From assembly GCF_030684315.1 (NCBI RefSeq), contig NC_081387.1, positions 27,596,970 through 27,648,646 on the forward strand: DNA of 51,677 bases, given 5' to 3'. Positions 46,409-51,677 of this stretch are shown here, piece by piece (the first letter of the stretch is position 1; each line of letters begins with the position of its first letter). The notes below the pieces were generated by a model that was not told where the DNA came from, ran no database searches, and saw only the letters and a list, made by a program, of their open reading frames with translations. Made by a program: the position numbers and the translations under genes. The DNA is from Stegostoma tigrinum (lineage: Eukaryota).

Positions 46409-48937
46409 GTGAGCATTGCTTCTTTGAACTTAACTCGCACAGAATTTCTTTATGGAATTAAATTGCTTTTACAGCCACTCTGTTATGTGCCATTGGTTAG
46501 GATTGCATGTATGATTGTAGAAATGAAGGTTTGTTACAGTGTGGGCAACAAAGGTGTTTGATAGCAGTACTGACTCCTTGGGAGAGTGCACTGAGAGTCA
46601 GCCTTAGTACTCCCAGAGTCACTGAAAAAGATAATGATTGAATCAAACTGCACACAGCCTCCAATTTGGCTGTCTGATAGATTCAGGTTATCAGGCCAAA
46701 ACGTCAGCTTTACTGCTCCTAAGATGCTGCTTGGCCTGCTGTGTTCATCAGCTCCACACCTTGTTATCAGGAAACACTGGCCAGGTCCTGGATTTTACAA
46801 GAATCATATTTGTGAAGCTCTAGTCACAGGTAAAAGAAAACTATGTGCTATTAACAAAAAATTGTTACTTAAATAAACTCTAACCCTCCCTTAAACCCTG
46901 CTCCCTGATGCTGAGAGGCTGCAGTGCTAATCACTGAGCTACTGTGCCCTGATGTCCTGTTCTAACAGCCCACTTTGTAACTTCTGTCTAATTTTAGTTC
47001 ACAACATTCCTGGGATGTGTTTCCGGTTATTAACGTTAAAGGCATGATATAAACTAGCAGTGTTGTTGACGTTGTCAAGGGAGAGCACTCGGCAATGGGA
47101 GGGCTCTGAGGATAGATCCTAAGTGGGCTGGCTGTACTAGTGCTGCTGTTTTGTTTTGTTTACTGATCCACATTGTTTTGTAGGTTTGAGAAATCCTCCT
47201 GTTAACTCTCTAACGTTCACTCCATACTGCAATGTACCATTGACAGAAAGCTGGTACAAAGCAACAAGGGCCCATCTCTGAAGTGGCATCACCTGCCAAA
47301 TGCGAGACGGGAGAACAATGTAGTCCCTTTTCAACAGGGGAAGGTGCAGCCACACGCTGTCCAAAGCTGAGATCCGGCTCTTCCTGGTCATCGTTTTACC
47401 AGCACCACACACAAGGTCTATTAAAGTTCAAAGAACCCCCAAAGAAAGGTTAATGGAATGGGCAGGTAGATATACCGATACCGTGGCACCATGTATGGGG
47501 ATGGGAATGTTGGCTGGCCGAGAAGGTTCTGCAAGTAGGGAACAAGTAGGTTCCTTGGAAATGTAAATGTAAGGGTCACAGTGTAAGAATAAGGGGCAGG
47601 CCATTCCGGACTGAGAGGAGGAAGAATTTCTTCACGCAGAGAGTTGTGAACCTGCGGAATTCCCTCCCACCGGAAGCTGTTGGAGTCAGGTCATTTGATG
47701 TATCCAAGAGGGAGCTGAATGTGGCTAAAAGGATTGGGGGTTTGGAGAGAAAGCGGGAATGGGATACTGAGATGATCAGCTATGGTCATATTTAATGTTG
47801 GTTCAGGTTCCTGATACTTCCTGTGTTTCTGTGTGAATGCAGGTGGGTAAAAGAGCAGTTGAATTTTTGGGCCTGTCTTTTTGCTCTTGTCGCTCTGTGC
47901 TCGTTCTGAGCGATAACGGTAGATTTGTAGTGTGTTGCTTGAGCTGAAGTTAGTGTTGGTGAACGCTCCTCTGAGTGACTTGAGGTCCATTGAGGGTCGC
48001 TTGGACATGATGCAAAGTGGCAAGGAGAGACTTCACTTACTGGGATGTCATTTGTGGAATAGGCAAAGCCAGGGAAAGAGAGATACTGATTGGACAGTCA
48101 GTATCTAACCGTCGGAGTTATCCGCTTTGGAAAATATTCCATTGGATGTTCAGCTAAGTAAGACTGAGACATGGTTTTCCAAAATACCGGGACCGCGGGG
48201 CGAGGCATTTGTTCTCACTGGCACAGGACTAGTTAGTAGCATTGCCACGTTGTTTAATGGTAGTGCTGCGGTCCGATCCCAGCACTAAAGCTTCCTGCAT
48301 AACCCTCAGCCCCCCGACAGGCCACTGTGTGCAGTTACCTTTCCTCTGCTCTGGTGTTTTATCTAATTGTGATCAGCTCAAGCATTTGCCAAATACAGAA
48401 AAAGTTACTTGTTTTTAAACTTTACATGCATGCTGCTATGAATTCTCCCTTACACTTTGTCTCTCGTATCTCTTGAGCATTGAATTTGGCTCGGGCGCTG
48501 TGATTGTATTGTCCAAAAGCGAGGAAAATCCTCAATCTGACCCGAGCTCGATCCCGATTGTTAGATTGAAACCTTCAAATCCGTGGAGAGTTGTTATTGA
48601 CTGAAATAGGCGAGAAATCTTATTGAGGTGACTTTATGTTGGGGAGGGGTGTGTCAGACAATTCAAAAGTAAAATTGGAAAGTGGAGACAAACAAAGAGC
48701 TGTCACAGGTTTGGTTGGCTCCTGGCCGGGGCCGTTGCAGCTATGTTTCAAGGGAGATCATTTGCAGCTTTTAATGGAAAACAAACAAATACTTGAAGGA
48801 GAGAGATTGAGGGCCGTGGGATGAGTGTTGGATGTTTGCAGCAAAGGGTTGGCATAAACGAGACCAGGTGAATGGCCTCCTCCTCTGGTTCTGCTCTAGT
48901 TGTGAGACATCTGTTACAAGAATTGTCCTTTTTCATG

Positions 48938-49202
48938 AACACAGCAGGCCAAGCAGCATCTCAGGAGCACAAAAGCTGACGTTTCGGGCCTAGACCCTTC
49001 ATCAGAGAGGGAGATGGGGAGAGGGAACTGGAATAATTCCAGATTTATTCCAGTTCCCTCTCCCCATCCCCCTCTCTGATGAAGGGTCTAGGCCCGAAAC
49101 GTCAGCTTCTGTGCTCCTGAGATGCTGCTTGGCCTGCTGTGTTCATCCAGCTTCACATTTTATTATCTTGGATTCTCCAGCATCTGCAGTTCCCATTATC
49201 TC
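48938..49202. mobile_element. Palindromic Penelope-tail insertion with 15-bp TSD and hammerhead cores on both strands
   Basis: Arms about 48935-49036 and 49045-49146 are near-perfect reverse complements; TTGTCCTTTTTCATG at 48923-48937 and 49203-49217. Confidence 0.88.
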
Positions 49203-49550
49203 TTGTCCTTTTTCATGTCAGTTTTTCTGTAGCTTTCTTAGCAGTGAAGCTTTTGTTAAGTTACGTGACTACATTCCATGTGGAACGTTTACCCAACCAA
49301 ATAATCTGTACCATTTTAAGAGTCTAACTGAGCTGGTGCTGTAGCTGAAGGAAAATTGCAGTGCTGTGTAAGACAGGTTAAACACAGACACTGCCAGACC
49401 TGCTGAACTTTTCCAGCAATTTCTATTTTTGTCTCTGATTTACAGCATCCACAGTTCTTTCCGTTTTTACTGTTGCCTTTCGGTGGTGTTACTGTTCACT
49501 TTGTCTTGAAGGTACTGACTACATAAATCAGGTTAATTTCTATGTTACAG

Positions 49551-49603
49551 CACATATACAAGCCAACCTGGAAGATGAACTGGTGAAGGAGGCATTAAAA
49601 ACA
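49551..49603 (+). CDS. VPS52: VPS52 exon 3 (THIQANLEDELVKEALKT); gene continues beyond the window
   Basis: Matches recalled human HIQANLEDELVKEALKT; ttacag| and |gtaagt junctions; 53 nt, phase 1 to 0. Confidence 0.95.
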
Positions 49604-50043
49604 GTAAGTTAAATCCACCAAAGTTCAGCGAAGGAGCAGAGTTCTTTGTCAGGTTAGATGATGTGGAGGTGCCAGTGTTGGATAAAGTCCGAAGTCACCA
49701 GGTTTTAGACCAACAGGTTTATTTGAAAACACAAGCTGTCATAGCGCTGCTGCTTTGTCAGCTGCAGTCACTTTGGAGCAGCGCTCCCAAAGATCGTGAT
49801 TTCAAATAAACCTGTTGGACTGTGACCTGTAGTCTTGTGGTGTCTGTGTTTGTAAGGTGATTTGGGATGGGTATCAAGAAGTAATGAATTATTTTCATGT
49901 CGGGATCAAGTAAGAGAAATTTACCTTTGTACCCCAGTGTGTTTAAATTCCATCTGAGATGTGACCTTTTTACTAGTCCTTTTATGTCCTGTTAGAGTCA
50001 CTCAGTATCTTCTAAATATCTCCAAAACATCTTCAGGATTGGT

Positions 50044-50333
50044 AGTGAGTTTTGAGAAGATTTGTAGCTCGGGTTGAAGTTCTGGATGTGAGTTTGCTCA
50101 CTGAGCTGGAAGGTTAGTTTTCAGACGTTTTCGTCACCATTCTGGGTAACATCATCAGTGAGCCTCCGACGAAGCGCTGGTGTTATGTCCCGCTTTCTAT
50201 TTATGAATATATATAAATAGAAAGCGGGACATAACACCAGCGCTCCGTCGGAGGCTCACTGATGATGTTACCTAGAATGGTGATGAAAACGTCTGAAAAC
50301 TAACCTTCCAGCTCAGCGAACAAACTCACATCC
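50044..50333. mobile_element. Palindromic insertion of a second Penelope-type terminal family, 17-bp TSD, hammerhead-like cores on both strands
   Basis: Arms about 50083-50204 and 50213-50334; ACATCTTCAGGATTGGT at 50027-50043 and 50334-50350. Confidence 0.85.
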
Positions 50334-51129
50334 ACATCTTCAGGATTGGTGTTATGGAGATAAATTTTGAAATAACGCTCTGCTCCAAGACACGGGGACA
50401 AAGAAAGTACGTGCAGGAGTAGACCATTTGGCCCTTCAAGCCTGCACTACCATTCAGTGCGATCGTGGCTGACCATGCGATCTCAGTATCCCGTTCCAGC
50501 CCTCTACCCATACCCCTTGATCCCTTCAGCCACGAGGGTCATGTCCAGCTCCTGCTTAAGTGGATGCAATGAACTAGCCCCAACAGCTTCCTGTGGGAGA
50601 CAGTTCCACAGGTTCACAACTCGGAGTGAAAGGAATTCTTCCTCATCTCAGTCCTGAATGGCCTACCCCTTATACTTACACTGTGACAAAAATCATTTAT
50701 TTACGTCAAAAAAAACTCCAGCACTGACAGTTGGAGAAATTTTTATTAAGCCCCCAACAGAGAAGGATGGGGGTTCAGTTGGCATGTAATGGAGGGACAG
50801 GGACAGCCCCAGCAGGTTTGTCAAATACATTGTCCCTTATAACAGATCATTCCCTCCCATTAAAACTTTGCACTTATTTGTGACCTTTGTAATGTTTACA
50901 ATACACCACAACGAAGACTGATACAAAATGTTGACTCAAATTCTCTGCCATTTTCCTGTTCCTGTTATTAATTCCTCCATCATGTCCTCTGAGGAATGCA
51001 TGCTTAACTTTGCTTAAGCACACCCAACAGCAGGTTCAAGAACAGCTTCCTCCCTGCCATTATTAGACCAATGAACGGACTCTCTATTCTCAAATAATGT
51101 CAATTTTGTTAATGTTGTTATCAGGGAAA

Positions 51130-51677
51130 CATAGAAGATAGGAGCAGGAGGAGGCCATTCGGCCCTTCCGGCCTGCACCGCCATTCATCATGACTATAGC
51201 TGATCATCCAACTGAACAGCCACATCCTGCTTTCTCCCAATAACCTTCAATCCCATTTGCCCCAATTCTATATCTAGCCACCTCTTGAATACACTCAATA
51301 TTTTGGCATCAACTGTTTTCTGTGGTAATGAATTCCACAGGCTCACCACTCTTTGGGTGAAGAAATTGTCTCTTCATCTCCACCTAAGTGGTCTACCCTG
51401 AATCCTCAGACTGTGATCCCTTGTTCTGGACACATCCACCATCGGGAACATCCTCACTGCATCTACCCTGTCCAGTCCTGTTAGAATTTTATAAGTGTCT
51501 ATGAGATCACCCCTCATTTGTCTGAACTCCAATTCTAACCTACTCAATCTGTCCTCATATGTGAGACCTGCCATCCCCAGAATCAGCCTGGTAAACCTTC
51601 GCGGCTCTCGCTCGAGAGCAAGAGCATTCTTACTTGGAAAAGAAGACCAAAACTGCACACAATATTCTAGGTGTGAC
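51130..51677 (-). mobile_element. CR1 3' fragment running off the window end
   Basis: QFWS...RRFTRLI.GMAGL.YE.RL...RGDLI.TYKIL motif. Confidence 0.88.

Overview
Vertebrate genomic DNA, most likely a shark (inferred from the repeat families and protein divergence), from an MHC-type region, with four N gaps. Three spliced protein-coding genes were reconstructed by hand from GT-AG junctions with consistent phases. (1) Tapasin (TAPBP), + strand, 8 coding exons 420-17954, 458 aa, ending in a KxKxx ER-retrieval signal, with NF-kB and IRF/ISRE-like sites upstream. (2) GPANK1 (BAT4), - strand, 2 coding exons 39505-36467, 344 aa. (3) The first three exons of VPS52, + strand, from 43078, head-to-head with GPANK1 across a CpG island. 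The rest is CR1-type LINE fragments, tRNA-derived SINEs, Penelope-like GIY-YIG elements, a decayed Gypsy RNase H remnant and eight or more minisatellite arrays. Most unusual observations: a 70-bp minisatellite that has multiplied the tapasin intron1/exon2 splice acceptor 12 times (only the last copy is productive); fold-back palindromic Penelope-derived insertions with target-site duplications that carry minimal hammerhead-ribozyme cores on both strands; and a tapasin that lacks the ERp57-linking Cys95 but has TAPBPR-like Ig features. Protein identities rest on recalled human sequences, not on database searches. Repeat boundaries are approximate.
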